In this document: positions 24,271-35,974 of the stretch, piece by piece
Layout: each line of letters opens with the position of its first letter
Numbering within the stretch: the first letter of the stretch is position 1
Assembly: GCA_965140415.1 (NCBI GenBank)
Contig: OZ223209.1
Span: 2,080,001 to 2,144,000 of the forward strand
Length of the DNA stretch: 64,000 bases
Direction of reading: 5' to 3'
Source: Myxococcota bacterium
GTDB taxonomy: Bacteria > Myxococcota_A > SURF-8
Translations under genes and position numbers: made by a program
The notes under the pieces: generated by a model
Database searches by the model: none
The model's input: the letters and a program-made list of their open reading frames with translations, nothing else
What the model was told of the DNA's origin: nothing

Positions 24271-25287
24271 TTAGCAGACGAAGAGGTAATTTACACCTTC
24301 CTGCAAGCCCATTTCTGCAAGTTGTCCACGAACTTCCTGTCGCTTGTGGTTCGGTCCTTTCTGCCCGACCGCCGCCAGGACGAATTCCGCCCGTAGTTTG
24401 GGAAGATCATTGATGGCGTGAACGGGAATGCCATCAATCTTGCGACCGATGCGGCGCGTACTGACATCGAGCAGTGCGACCACTGGCAACTCGGTTTCCA
24501 GCAACAGTCGCAACCACATTTTCCCTTGATGTCCGGCACCTTGAATGACAATACGAGGTGCTTTGCTGAGATGCATCGCTGTCAAGTGTTGCAGTTTTAT
24601 TCGAGCGAAGATTTTGCTGTCGAAACGACTGTTGCGGCTTTTTCCCTGTGGATGAATGCGCCAGGATAAAAGAACGTCCGGGCATTTGCCGAAGCGCACC
24701 CCGGCTCGCAACATGCGCAGCCACAACTCGTAATCTTCCGGGCCCTGTTCCAGTCGGTAAGGATGTTGGCGGAAAAGTTCCGTTTTTGCAAACATGGTCG
24801 AATGCACGAAAGGTGAATCGATGAGAATTTCGCGTTCGATTTGTTCGTGTTCGAGCAGTTCGTTTGTCCAGTCGATATACGCCGCGTATCCGGGAAAAAG
24901 CTCGTTTGCGCCCAGCGCTTGAGCGCGGGTAGAAAGCATGTCGATGCGCGGATTTACGGTGAGATAATCCAACTGCCGTTGCAGACGCTGCGGGTGGCTG
25001 ATGTCGTCGGCATCCATGCGCGCGAGATAACGACCCTGCGCATGAGCGATGCCGAAATTGGAAGCATGAACCACGCCATGGCCATCACTTTGAAAAAGGC
25101 GCAGCCGGGGTTCCTGTTGCTGGAAATCATGTAGCAGGCGAGGGGTGTCGTCCGTTGAGCCATCGTCGATTACGATCAATTCCCAGTCCGTTACCGTTTG
25201 CTGTCTCATGCTGGTAATTGCTGCATCAAGATGCTCTGCGCCATTTCGCACGGGCATGACAACGGAAACCAGAGGCATAGAAGACAT
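24271..25287 (-). CDS. Glycosyltransferase family 2 with C-terminal Rossmann-like domain
   Basis: VSVVMPVRN, DDGSTD, ARMDADD, EDYELWLR; C-terminal QGAG..GK motif. Confidence 0.88.
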   Translation of the reverse strand: MSSMPLVSVVMPVRNGAEHLDAAITSMRQQTVTDWELIVIDDGSTDDTPRLLHDFQQQEPRLRLFQSDGHGVVHASNFGIAHAQGRYLARMDADDISHPQRLQRQLDYLTVNPRIDMLSTRAQALGANELFPGYAAYIDWTNELLEHEQIEREILIDSPFVHSTMFAKTELFRQHPYRLEQGPEDYELWLRMLRAGVRFGKCPDVLLSWRIHPQGKSRNSRFDSKIFARIKLQHLTAMHLSKAPRIVIQGAGHQGKMWLRLLLETELPVVALLDVSTRRIGRKIDGIPVHAINDLPKLRAEFVLAAVGQKGPNHKRQEVRGQLAEMGLQEGVNYLFVC

Positions 25288-25295
25288 GATGGAAC

Positions 25296-25688
25296 TTAAT
25301 TCTGGATGTCGGTAGGTTTATTCTGCGTGACTTCCACCAGCGACCACTCGTCGTTTTGTTTCAGCAGGCGCACGTAATGGTCAAATGGATATGTCCGGCC
25401 ACTGCGGTAAGTGTCGGATGGCAGAAACGAGCGCGCTCCCGCCTGGAAATAGTCGCTGCGCGTACAGTTGATATCACCCTTGACATGCGCCCAGTAGCCT
25501 TGAGCGCCCTTGTTGATGGCAATGACCGAAACGGACTGAGGATGAAAGGCGCTGTCCTGCTTGCCGACGGCGTTCTCTACCAAAGGGATGATGTCATCTT
25601 CGTCAGGGGCATCCGAGCACCCCCCGAAAATCAAGGGCAGGGCGAAAAGAAGGACGAGAATGACAAGATAAGCGGCCCGGCTCGTCAT
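25296..25688 (-). CDS. Hypothetical lipoprotein
   Basis: Hydrophobic signal ending in FGGC; overlaps the HD-GYP stop by 4 nt. Confidence 0.6.
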   Translation of the reverse strand: MTSRAAYLVILVLLFALPLIFGGCSDAPDEDDIIPLVENAVGKQDSAFHPQSVSVIAINKGAQGYWAHVKGDINCTRSDYFQAGARSFLPSDTYRSGRTYPFDHYVRLLKQNDEWSLVEVTQNKPTDIQN

Positions 25689-27634
25689 TGCCGATCCTCC
25701 TTGACGACGTTATACACCTTGTGGGTTTTAAACGCTTCCAACAGGTCTGGGTCCAGTTTGCCTGCTTCCATTTCCCAGGTCAGAATCTGTAATGCTTTCT
25801 CAAAGGAAACGGCGCGTTTGTACGGACGGTCACTGGCGGTCAGTGCATCGAAAATATCGCATATCGCCATCATGCGGGCGGGCATCGACAGATCTTTGGC
25901 GGTCCAACCGGATGGATAACCCTTGCCGTTCAGGCTTTCATGATGCTTGAAGGCGTAGTCGGCGACATGCCCCAGTTCTGGTGTCCAGGGAATCTGGCGC
26001 AGGAAGTTGTAGGTGTGCGTTACATGCGATTCGATTTCCAATCGTTCTTCCTGGGTCAGGCTGCCACGCGGAATACTGAGAATTTTCACTTCGTCTTCCG
26101 TTACAAGATGCAGCGGTTCCCCTTCGAAGTGAGTATAAACATGTTCCACCAATTCGGTCAGTCGGTCGAAATTTCCTTCCGCCAGGACGGTCGGCTCGTT
26201 GGAATCCAAGACCAATTGCAGGTCGTTTTCCAATTGCATGAGCTTTTCCAGCGTGTCTTTTTCCATCTGGACTTGTTCGAATTGCAAGCGGTCCATCCCG
26301 TTTTTCTTGGCCAGATCCAGCCGTTTTTTCAAGTCCATCATGCGAATCGCCGCCCGGATGAAGATCGCACGTATGCGGATCAACTCTTCCTGGCGTGGAT
26401 ACAGCTTTTTGGCTTTCACCAAGACATGTTCTCGAACGCCGACTTTACCGAAATCGTGCAGCAGCGAGGCATACCGGATTTCCCGCAGTTCCTCTTCGTT
26501 GTAGCGGTATTTGGCCAATGGACCGCGATCTTCACGGTTTACGGCTTCCGCCAGAGCGACCGTCAGTTTGGCGACTCGCTCGGAGTGACCGGAGGTGGTC
26601 GGATCACGAGATTCAATGGCTTTTACGCTGGCTTTCACGAATCCTTCGAACAGATCTTGAATGGCTTCGTACAGCATGTTCTTTTCAAGCGTGACCGCTG
26701 CAAGCGAAGCCAAACTCGTCACCATGTCTATGGAGTGCTGGTCGAAAGGCTGCACCATGACCATGGCGGTTACCGGATCGGTCAAGCGCACCCGGAAATC
26801 GCGCTTGCGATTGATCAGTTGCAAACCGCCTAAAACTTCTCCCTTGAGGTTTTTCAAGGGAACGACCAGGCTTGTGATGGTGCGGTAGTTGTTCAGTTTA
26901 TCGATCCAACGTGCATGACTGTAGGGCTTGTCCGGATCGATTTCATAGGCGTTATTGATGACCAACGGTTTTCCCGTAAGAATCGCATACCCGGCCAGAG
27001 ACTGGTAATTCAACGGCATACGGAATTCTTTTAGATTCAACGTGATGGAGTCGTTCTGCGCCATTTTGAAGATCAACGACTGTTCCCCGTTGACCTGATC
27101 TACCAGATAGAAAGAACCGGCATCGCAGTTGGTGATCTGACGGGTTTTGGTCAGGATCAGATCCAGCAGTTTGTCCGTATCTTTTTCCGAAGAGAGCAAT
27201 ACACCAATATGGGTGATTTCCTCCAGATCGTTTTGTGTGGCTTTCGATTTGTTCTGAAGAGTCAATAATTCGATGGCATTTCGGATAAATGCCGACAGGA
27301 TGCGCCATTCGTCGCGTTCATCCAGTAGCGGCAGTGTGCAGTGGATAAATTCCTTATCGAATCGCGGCATCGGGCTGCCCGGCATCGCTTCGGTCACGAT
27401 GACTCGCACTCCATTGTTTTTCAGCCGGTCGATATGTCGTGGATGGACTTCCGAGAGTTCCCTGGCCGGAGCGATGATCACCGCAGCGCGTGGTTTGTTG
27501 CGATGTTGTTCCAGATCCGATAGGTCATGCAATTCCACATTGCGCGGGAACCCTCGCCCGGTCAGTCGGATATTTTCGGAAGCGTAAAGGTCAACGCGCA
27601 TGCCTATCTCCACCGTGTACTCATAATAGTGCAA
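25685..27634 (-). CDS. GAF plus HD-GYP cyclic dinucleotide phosphodiesterase
   Basis: GAF (LQLINRK), SGHSERVA, LLHDFGKVG, HHESLNGKGYP, DIFDALTASDRPYK. Confidence 0.9.
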   Translation of the reverse strand: MHYYEYTVEIGMRVDLYASENIRLTGRGFPRNVELHDLSDLEQHRNKPRAAVIIAPARELSEVHPRHIDRLKNNGVRVIVTEAMPGSPMPRFDKEFIHCTLPLLDERDEWRILSAFIRNAIELLTLQNKSKATQNDLEEITHIGVLLSSEKDTDKLLDLILTKTRQITNCDAGSFYLVDQVNGEQSLIFKMAQNDSITLNLKEFRMPLNYQSLAGYAILTGKPLVINNAYEIDPDKPYSHARWIDKLNNYRTITSLVVPLKNLKGEVLGGLQLINRKRDFRVRLTDPVTAMVMVQPFDQHSIDMVTSLASLAAVTLEKNMLYEAIQDLFEGFVKASVKAIESRDPTTSGHSERVAKLTVALAEAVNREDRGPLAKYRYNEEELREIRYASLLHDFGKVGVREHVLVKAKKLYPRQEELIRIRAIFIRAAIRMMDLKKRLDLAKKNGMDRLQFEQVQMEKDTLEKLMQLENDLQLVLDSNEPTVLAEGNFDRLTELVEHVYTHFEGEPLHLVTEDEVKILSIPRGSLTQEERLEIESHVTHTYNFLRQIPWTPELGHVADYAFKHHESLNGKGYPSGWTAKDLSMPARMMAICDIFDALTASDRPYKRAVSFEKALQILTWEMEAGKLDPDLLEAFKTHKVYNVVKEDRQ

Positions 27635-27718
27635 TCACTCCAGCATAAGCAGAAGCAAATCATATCATGCTCTTGCGGCATTTCCAAATCACTTTTACCC
27701 TTCTTGAAGAAGTGTCGT

Positions 27719-30688
27719 TTACGGTTGAAGGGTAAAACCCGGTTGTAAAAAGACCGCTTCTCGCTCGCTGCCGTCGATCTTGAGTATCGTTGGTTCCGGC
27801 AAGTGCAGCAGTCTCAGAAAGGTCGTTTCCTGTTCGGCAGGTTGTTTCTCCAGCCAATCCCAGTTCACATGTCCCAGGTTTCGGGATGCGTCGATGGTCA
27901 GGTAACCGATGCCGAGTGAGGTGATGTTCTGGAAAAAATGGGTGCCGTTGGAAGGGTCTACGCGGAAGTCGGGTAAGGAAGTTTCGATCATGGCTTTGGC
28001 GCCGGAAATGTCCGCCCAGCCGACACCGACTCCCAGCCAGGGATCGGATGAACCCCAGCGACCGAAGCCCAGCAGGGCATACGGACGTTTTTCGGCGACC
28101 AATCGGGCGTTGATCTGGCCGATTTGTTCGATCATTTCCGCATTGCGGACTCGGTCGAAGCTGTCCGGTTTTAAATAAACGATATCCTGGATGGTATCGA
28201 TAATGCCATTACCCAGCGCCATTTTGGTCGAACACCACGCGTGCTGCCGTTCTTGTTCGTGAATGCTGACGCTTTCCCGTTCCGCCTTGGCAATTTGTGG
28301 CCGCAACTGGAGGATTTTCATTTCCGGTTTTTTAGGACGCGGATTCATGTTGACGGCAAACTCCATCTCAACGGGGCAGCCCATGGCATGAGAAAACAAC
28401 TCGAAGAGGTTGTTTAAAACATCACAAAGTGGAAATTCGTTATATTTCAGTATCCCAGAAAACGTTGCCACGCGCGGACCCGGAATGGATAACGTATCGC
28501 GGATCACCTGATTGTCTGCGGAGTACACCGAAGCGATCAGATCGAGTTCATGATCTTGTTCCGCCTGCTGAAGATCCAATAGTGCCAGGTTTTCTTCCGG
28601 ATCCATGCCGACGAAAGCCGCTCCCCGGTCCATACGCAGGGCGTAAAAACTTTTCTGGCTGTTTTGGAGCCAGTCCGCTGGCGATGAGAACTGGGGCAGC
28701 ACATGGGGATAGCGGGGCGAGAAACGCAGGGATTTTCCTCCATCGACGACTGTTTTTCCCAGACCCACAGCCACGTGAGCGACACCTTCCTCCGGTTCCA
28801 TGCTGCCGAAGGGATAGAAGTTGAACGATTGTCCCACACCGGAAAAGGTCGGATAAAAATACTTGCCGTGTTGCTTGCCGACCAACTGCTGTATGACAAC
28901 CGCCATGCGTTCTTCTTCGATGCGGTGTGATGTCGCTTTGAAATAAGACTTCGGATTGGGACCGAAGGTCGAAGCCCAAACCATTTTAATAGCTTGCAGC
29001 AGCCGCTCCAGGCGTGTGGCATCCGTGTTGGCGTTATTGGGAAGCATGTACGTGGCGTACAGCCCGGCGAAAGGTTGCAGGTGCGAATCTTCCAGCAGGC
29101 TTGAGGAGCGAACGGCAAGTGGTGTATTGACCAACGAGATGTATTGAGCCAATCCTTCGCGCAATTCGTTGCGAATGCGTCCCTTGGTGAAACGACGTGC
29201 TATACGGCTTAAATCCGTTTCCTCCAGTGCAAAGCGCCACAAATCGTTTTCATTTAAAAAGATTTCGAACTCTCCGGCTCCCACTACCAGCGTTTTCGGA
29301 ATACCCAGGTCGATATCCGGGAAATTGCCGGAGTAGTTGGCCCGATCCGCCAGATATTGCACGAAGGCCAGCCCGCGTCCTTTACCGCCCATCGATCCTT
29401 CACCGATATGAGTGACATCCGCTGCCTGCAAGGGTCGATTGGGTGAATAGGTTGCAACGATACCGCGTTGCTTATTGGCCAGCACTTCACCGATCGTATT
29501 TAAAATGTATTCTCGGACTTGCTCGTGGGTTTCGAAATCGCTGACTTTACGCGGGCGGAGTTGATCGGCCATCGTGATTTCGGTGCGTGCGACCAGCCAG
29601 TTTGAAAAGTGATTGTTCTCCGCGTGGAAAATCAGTGATTCGATTGGGATTGATCTTAATTTGTCTACGAATTCATAGACATCCATAGCGCGTCCGACTT
29701 CCGACATGTCGGGCATGCGGAATATGAAATCACCGAATCCCAAGCGTGTTTGCAGGTAGTGACGCAGATCCGAAAGCAGGGCAGGGGAGTTCTTATCCAG
29801 AAAATCCGCCCCGATCTGGTAGGCTCTCGGACGATTGACTTCCGGCTCGGCGGATTGCAGCAGGACCGGCAAGTCGAATACTTCCGATTTGACTTCTTTG
29901 ACGAAATCGAAACCGGCGTCCGGGTTCATCTCTCCGTTACGCCAGAAGCGGACATCTGAAATAACGCCCATGATGCTGCGCTGATATTTCCGGTACAGGG
30001 CCATGCCCTCTTCGTAATTGTCCGCCAGCAGAATTTTGGCACGGGAGCGCATACGCAACTGTTTGTGCAAGTCATTGAAACCGGCGTCTATCAGGTTGCG
30101 GGTCAAACCCATAATGACACGATACATGATCGGCAGAAAGGCGGAGTAGTAGATCGGGGAATCTTCCAGCACCAGAATCGCTCTGACCTGACCATACCTG
30201 ATATCGTGATCGGCATTCAAGCGGTCTTCCACTAGCTTGATGATCGCCAGCAGGATTTGAGGATCGTTGTTCCATACGAAAACCCGGTCGATGCCGGACA
30301 ACTCACTGGATTTGGGCAGGATTGCCAATTCTGCGGGATCGATGGCCAGCAGCATCACTGGAAGATCTTTATCGATGGCTTTGACTTCCTGGGCGAATTG
30401 AATCGGGTCGCCATCGCCCAATCGGGTCATCAGCAGAACCAGGTCTACTTTCTCGGTTTGAATGATCTGGCGGGCCTTGACGACGGTTGACACGCGCCGG
30501 ACGCTTGGTGGGGCGGAAAGTCGCATTCCCACGTACTGACCCCAGATCAACTCAGATAAACTGCCGTCTTCTTCCAGCACAAATGCATCGTAGAGGCTTG
30601 AAACCACTAGGATATTCTGAATTCGGCTGGGCATCAACGAGCGGTAACCGCTAAATCGGGGAGTATATTCGTCGTCCAAGTGTGTCAT
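27719..30688 (-). CDS. Receiver-like domains fused to a PEP/pyruvate-binding (PEP synthase N-terminal ATP-grasp) domain
   Basis: GGKGRGL, AVRSSSLLED..FAGLY.T, MAVVIQ, GLGKTVV, EMEFA, LQLRP; N-terminal CheY-like segments; no phospho-His domain recognised. Confidence 0.8.
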   Translation of the reverse strand: MTHLDDEYTPRFSGYRSLMPSRIQNILVVSSLYDAFVLEEDGSLSELIWGQYVGMRLSAPPSVRRVSTVVKARQIIQTEKVDLVLLMTRLGDGDPIQFAQEVKAIDKDLPVMLLAIDPAELAILPKSSELSGIDRVFVWNNDPQILLAIIKLVEDRLNADHDIRYGQVRAILVLEDSPIYYSAFLPIMYRVIMGLTRNLIDAGFNDLHKQLRMRSRAKILLADNYEEGMALYRKYQRSIMGVISDVRFWRNGEMNPDAGFDFVKEVKSEVFDLPVLLQSAEPEVNRPRAYQIGADFLDKNSPALLSDLRHYLQTRLGFGDFIFRMPDMSEVGRAMDVYEFVDKLRSIPIESLIFHAENNHFSNWLVARTEITMADQLRPRKVSDFETHEQVREYILNTIGEVLANKQRGIVATYSPNRPLQAADVTHIGEGSMGGKGRGLAFVQYLADRANYSGNFPDIDLGIPKTLVVGAGEFEIFLNENDLWRFALEETDLSRIARRFTKGRIRNELREGLAQYISLVNTPLAVRSSSLLEDSHLQPFAGLYATYMLPNNANTDATRLERLLQAIKMVWASTFGPNPKSYFKATSHRIEEERMAVVIQQLVGKQHGKYFYPTFSGVGQSFNFYPFGSMEPEEGVAHVAVGLGKTVVDGGKSLRFSPRYPHVLPQFSSPADWLQNSQKSFYALRMDRGAAFVGMDPEENLALLDLQQAEQDHELDLIASVYSADNQVIRDTLSIPGPRVATFSGILKYNEFPLCDVLNNLFELFSHAMGCPVEMEFAVNMNPRPKKPEMKILQLRPQIAKAERESVSIHEQERQHAWCSTKMALGNGIIDTIQDIVYLKPDSFDRVRNAEMIEQIGQINARLVAEKRPYALLGFGRWGSSDPWLGVGVGWADISGAKAMIETSLPDFRVDPSNGTHFFQNITSLGIGYLTIDASRNLGHVNWDWLEKQPAEQETTFLRLLHLPEPTILKIDGSEREAVFLQPGFTLQP

Positions 30689-30761
30689 TACGTCGTATCC
30701 ACTTTCCAATCGGCAAAAAGATGAAAATCCCATTATGGACGGAGCTTGCGTCTGGCACAAG

Positions 30762-30791
30762 AAAAAACCCCTGGCCAGAAGCCAGGGGTTT
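30762..30791 (-). terminator. Intrinsic terminator after gdhA
   Basis: Minus strand AAACCCCTGGC-TTCTG-GCCAGGGGTTT followed by a T run. Confidence 0.75.
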
Positions 30792-30815
30792 ACAAGCACT
30801 TATGTTGTTCAGGGA

Positions 30816-32336
<1,521 letters not shown>

Positions 32337-32451
32337 TCACAGGGAAGTCAACGGAATTTTTCGATGTTTTTTATAAATTTTTAGCAGAGGCGAAGTTTGG
32401 AAATTGCGGATAAATTCGGTGTTGGTTGAATTGACAGCGAAACGGTGACAA

Positions 32452-33195
32452 TCAGTCGCGTAAACTCTTCTGTCTGTAAGCTTCGGAAAGCACGACTCCC
32501 CCTGATACTGCCACGTTCAGAGATTCGATTCGACCGCAGCTCGGCATGGAAACCAGTAGGTCGCAAGCCTTCTTGACGAGGCGGCTCATGCCTTCTCCCT
32601 CGTTTCCCAACACAAAGGCGCAGGGGGCGGTTAAATCGGTCTTATACAGGCTGGCAGGAGCATCCACTGCCGTTCCGATAATCCAATAGCCGGATTGTTT
32701 TAGGGTGTCCAGGCAACGCACCAGGTTGGTTACTCGAATAACAGGCAATATTTCCGAAGCTCCGGCGGAGACGCGGGCCACGACTTCCGTGACCGATACC
32801 GAACGATCTTTGGGCAAGATCACTGCGCCGATACCAAAAACCTCCGCGCTTCTCAGTAACGAGCCGAGGTTATGCGGATCTTGAACGTGATCGAGAATCA
32901 GCAGGTCCGGCGCAGGCTTGTTCGCGTCGAGCTGCTTTAGCCACTGATCCAGATCCGCATATTTAAAATCGGTGACGCGAGCCAGCACACCTTGGTGATT
33001 GCCGCCCTCGCTTAGGCGCTCCAATTCGGCAACGTCGGCGAAACGGGCGGTAATTCCTGCTTTTCTGGCAAGGGAAAGAACCTGCTTGATGGCCTGGCTG
33101 GATTCTCCCTTTCGAACGAGCAGCTGTTCGATGCTTTTCGGATTGGACTGTAACAATTCCCGGACAGGATGCAGACCATAGGTAAGTCTGGACAT
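32452..33195 (-). CDS. rlmB: 23S rRNA (Gm2251) methyltransferase
   Basis: YGLHPV, NHQGV, DPHNLGSLLRSA, GNEGEG, ESLNVAVS. Confidence 0.92.
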   Translation of the reverse strand: MSRLTYGLHPVRELLQSNPKSIEQLLVRKGESSQAIKQVLSLARKAGITARFADVAELERLSEGGNHQGVLARVTDFKYADLDQWLKQLDANKPAPDLLILDHVQDPHNLGSLLRSAEVFGIGAVILPKDRSVSVTEVVARVSAGASEILPVIRVTNLVRCLDTLKQSGYWIIGTAVDAPASLYKTDLTAPCAFVLGNEGEGMSRLVKKACDLLVSMPSCGRIESLNVAVSGGVVLSEAYRQKSLRD

Positions 33196-33917
33196 CAGAT
33201 TTCTTCCATCTGACCTGCGATCTCGCGCGCGGCGGCGGCGGGATCTTCGGCAGCGATGATCGGTCTGCCTATTACTAGGTAGCTGGCTCCAGCTTTGCAA
33301 GCGTCCGCAGGGGTCATCACCCGTTTCTGATCGTCGTTTTGAACGCCACCCGCCGGACGCACGCCCGGTGTGACGATCAGAAAATCCGGGCCGGTGGCTT
33401 CGCGGATCAACTGGATTTCGCGCGGTGAGGCGACAACGCCATCCAGGCCGCAATCAAATGCCAGCTTTGCCAGCAAAGCGACTTGCTCGGACGGTTTGCG
33501 CTCGATGCCGATCGAGGCGAGTTGTTCCTCGTCGATGCTGGTCAACACCGTCACTGCAATCAGCTTGGGAGCCGGAATTCCCAGTTCAGCGGCAGTTTGT
33601 ATAACGGCTTCCCGCGCTCGTTTCATCATTACCGGTCCGCCTGCCGCGTGAACGTTGAGCATGGAGCAGCCCAGGCGCACCGCTTCACTACAGGCTTGCG
33701 CTACGGTGTTGGGAATGTCGTGGAATTTCAGATCCAGAAAAACCTTGTGCCCAAGTTCGCACATCTGCCGCACTGCTTCCGGTCCATGGCGCGTGAACAG
33801 GCGTTTGCCGATTTTCACCATTCCCACGTCACCGGCGAAGCTTCGTGCGACTTGTTGCAACTCCGTGAGGCTCCAGTCGCCGTCCATGCCGACGATCAGT
33901 CGTTCGTGAGCCTGCAT
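33195..33917 (-). CDS. pyrF: Orotidine-5'-phosphate decarboxylase
   Basis: FLDLKFHDIPNT, AVTVLTS, VTPGVRP, DDQKR, VIGRPI. Confidence 0.96.
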   Translation of the reverse strand: MQAHERLIVGMDGDWSLTELQQVARSFAGDVGMVKIGKRLFTRHGPEAVRQMCELGHKVFLDLKFHDIPNTVAQACSEAVRLGCSMLNVHAAGGPVMMKRAREAVIQTAAELGIPAPKLIAVTVLTSIDEEQLASIGIERKPSEQVALLAKLAFDCGLDGVVASPREIQLIREATGPDFLIVTPGVRPAGGVQNDDQKRVMTPADACKAGASYLVIGRPIIAAEDPAAAAREIAGQMEEI

Positions 33918-33918
33918 C

Positions 33919-35673
33919 TCACTCTCCATCCGGCTGACAGGCTTTGTACAGATCCCGCAGGGTATCTTTGACTTTGGCGACGACGTTATCGAAAGGCACC
34001 ATTTCGATGTCCTGGCTGCCGCGCAGTTTGAATTCCACCGCGCGTTGCTCCAAGCCCTTCTTGCCGATGGTGATGCGGATGGGCAGACCCAGCAAATCGG
34101 CGTCTTTGAATTTGACTCCGGCGCGTTCGTCGCGGTCGTCCAGCAGGACTTCCACTCCGCGAGAGACCAATTCTTTATAGATGTCGTTGGCGGTCTGTAC
34201 CAACTGTTCGTTTTTCATCATCACCGGTAACAGATGCACCTCGAAAGGCGCAAGCGGCGCGGGCCAGATGATGCCGTCATCGTCGTGATTCTGCTCGATG
34301 GCGGCGGCTACCGTGCGAGTGACGCCGATGCCGTAGCAGCCCATCGGACAGGCGACCGAGTCGCCGTTTTCGTCCAGCACGGTGGCTCCCATCGGTTCAC
34401 TGTACTTTTTGCCCAGATAAAACACCTGGCCGACTTCGATGCCGCGGCGGGCCTGATACACTCCCTTTGCACAACGGGGGCAGGTTTCGCCTTCTTGTGC
34501 AAGACGGATGTCTACAAAACGTTCGATTTCAACGTCTCGCTTGAGATTGACGTTGATCAGATGCGTATCGCCCTTATTTGCGCCGGTAACGAAGTTGCGC
34601 ATGCTTTCGACGGTTGTATCGGCAACTACCGGAATCTGTAGGCCGACCGGACCGGCAAAGCCGACCGGCGCGCCGGTGACACGGATGACGTCGGCATCTT
34701 CGGCCAGGAAGATGGCGGAGACGCCCAGTGCTCTACGAAGTTTCATTTCGTTCACGTCATGATCGCCACGAATGCAGACCGCGTAGAATTTTTCCTGATC
34801 GTCGTGATAGATCAGGGTTTTGCACAGATCCGCAGGGCTGACCTTCAAGAACTCCGAGACTTCTTCGATGCTGTGCTTGTCGGGGGTTGAAACCTCTTCC
34901 ATCGCTTGCATTTCCGAGCGAGCAGCTTGGTCCGTTTCCAGCGGTGTCACCGGACCGACGGTTTCGGCCATTTCAACATTGGCGGCATATCCGCAGGAAT
35001 CGCAGGATAGAATCAGGTCTTCGCCGGAGTTGGCCAGTACCTGGAACTCGTGAGAGCGCGAACCGCCGATTGAGCCGGTATCCGCTTCCACCGCACGGAA
35101 TTCCAACCCGCAGCGTTTGAAAATGCGCGTGTAGGTGTCGTACATCACCTTGTACTCACGCATGCAGTCTTCTTCGGTCAGGTGGAAGGAGTAAGCGTCT
35201 TTCATGATGAACTCGCGTCCTCGCATCAAGCCGAAACGGGGGCGGACTTCGTCGCGGAATTTATCCTGGATCTGGTACAGATTGATCGGCAGTTGTTTAT
35301 AGGAGGAAATCTCCTTGGCAAAGAGAGTCGTGATGACTTCTTCGTGTGTGGGTCCAAGACAGAATTCGGCGCCTTTGCGATCCTTGATGCGCAACAGTTC
35401 CGGCCCATACTTCTGCCAGCGACCGCTTTTTTCCCAGATTTCGGCAGGTTGTACCATCGGCATCAACAACTCGATGGCTCCTGAGCGGTTGAGTTCCTCG
35501 CGGACAATGGCTTCAACCTTTCGGATGGAGCGCAGCCCCAGCGGGAGATAAATATAAATGCCTGCGGCCAGTTTTCGTATCATACCCGCGCGCAGCATCA
35601 GGCGATGGCTGATAACCTGGGCGTCGGAAGGTTCTTCTTTCAAAGTCGGAATCATCATCTGCGAATATCGCAT
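33919..35673 (-). CDS. proS: Prolyl-tRNA synthetase with editing insertion
   Basis: LGPTHEE, FRDEVRPRFGLMRGREF, GIEVGQVF, MGCYGIG, GVKFKDADL. Confidence 0.97.
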   Translation of the reverse strand: MRYSQMMIPTLKEEPSDAQVISHRLMLRAGMIRKLAAGIYIYLPLGLRSIRKVEAIVREELNRSGAIELLMPMVQPAEIWEKSGRWQKYGPELLRIKDRKGAEFCLGPTHEEVITTLFAKEISSYKQLPINLYQIQDKFRDEVRPRFGLMRGREFIMKDAYSFHLTEEDCMREYKVMYDTYTRIFKRCGLEFRAVEADTGSIGGSRSHEFQVLANSGEDLILSCDSCGYAANVEMAETVGPVTPLETDQAARSEMQAMEEVSTPDKHSIEEVSEFLKVSPADLCKTLIYHDDQEKFYAVCIRGDHDVNEMKLRRALGVSAIFLAEDADVIRVTGAPVGFAGPVGLQIPVVADTTVESMRNFVTGANKGDTHLINVNLKRDVEIERFVDIRLAQEGETCPRCAKGVYQARRGIEVGQVFYLGKKYSEPMGATVLDENGDSVACPMGCYGIGVTRTVAAAIEQNHDDDGIIWPAPLAPFEVHLLPVMMKNEQLVQTANDIYKELVSRGVEVLLDDRDERAGVKFKDADLLGLPIRITIGKKGLEQRAVEFKLRGSQDIEMVPFDNVVAKVKDTLRDLYKACQPDGE

Positions 35674-35974
35674 CACAAACCTCCAAAATGGGAAATGCGT
35701 TCTCACCTTCAGGAAGGGCATGGTTATAGCTTACCGCAGACAAGCATGCAAGCAAAAGCTGCAATTCCGGTGAACTCCGAATTTGTAAGGAATCAATCGT
35801 TTCGTAATTATAAGAAAGATGAAAACACCGTGAATTTTACTCGTTTTCAAGTGAAGTAATTGAAAAATGCACCGATATCGTCATTGTAATCTTGTATGAA
35901 AACAGTGGGAATTCATTGCCGTTTCTGGTATACTTACACGTTGTTTGCATACGATTTCTCCCCCGCATGGAGGT

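Noticed and set aside
33196-33453. N-terminal extension of RlmB in the ORF track
   Set aside because: Overlaps pyrF; the true start is at 33195.
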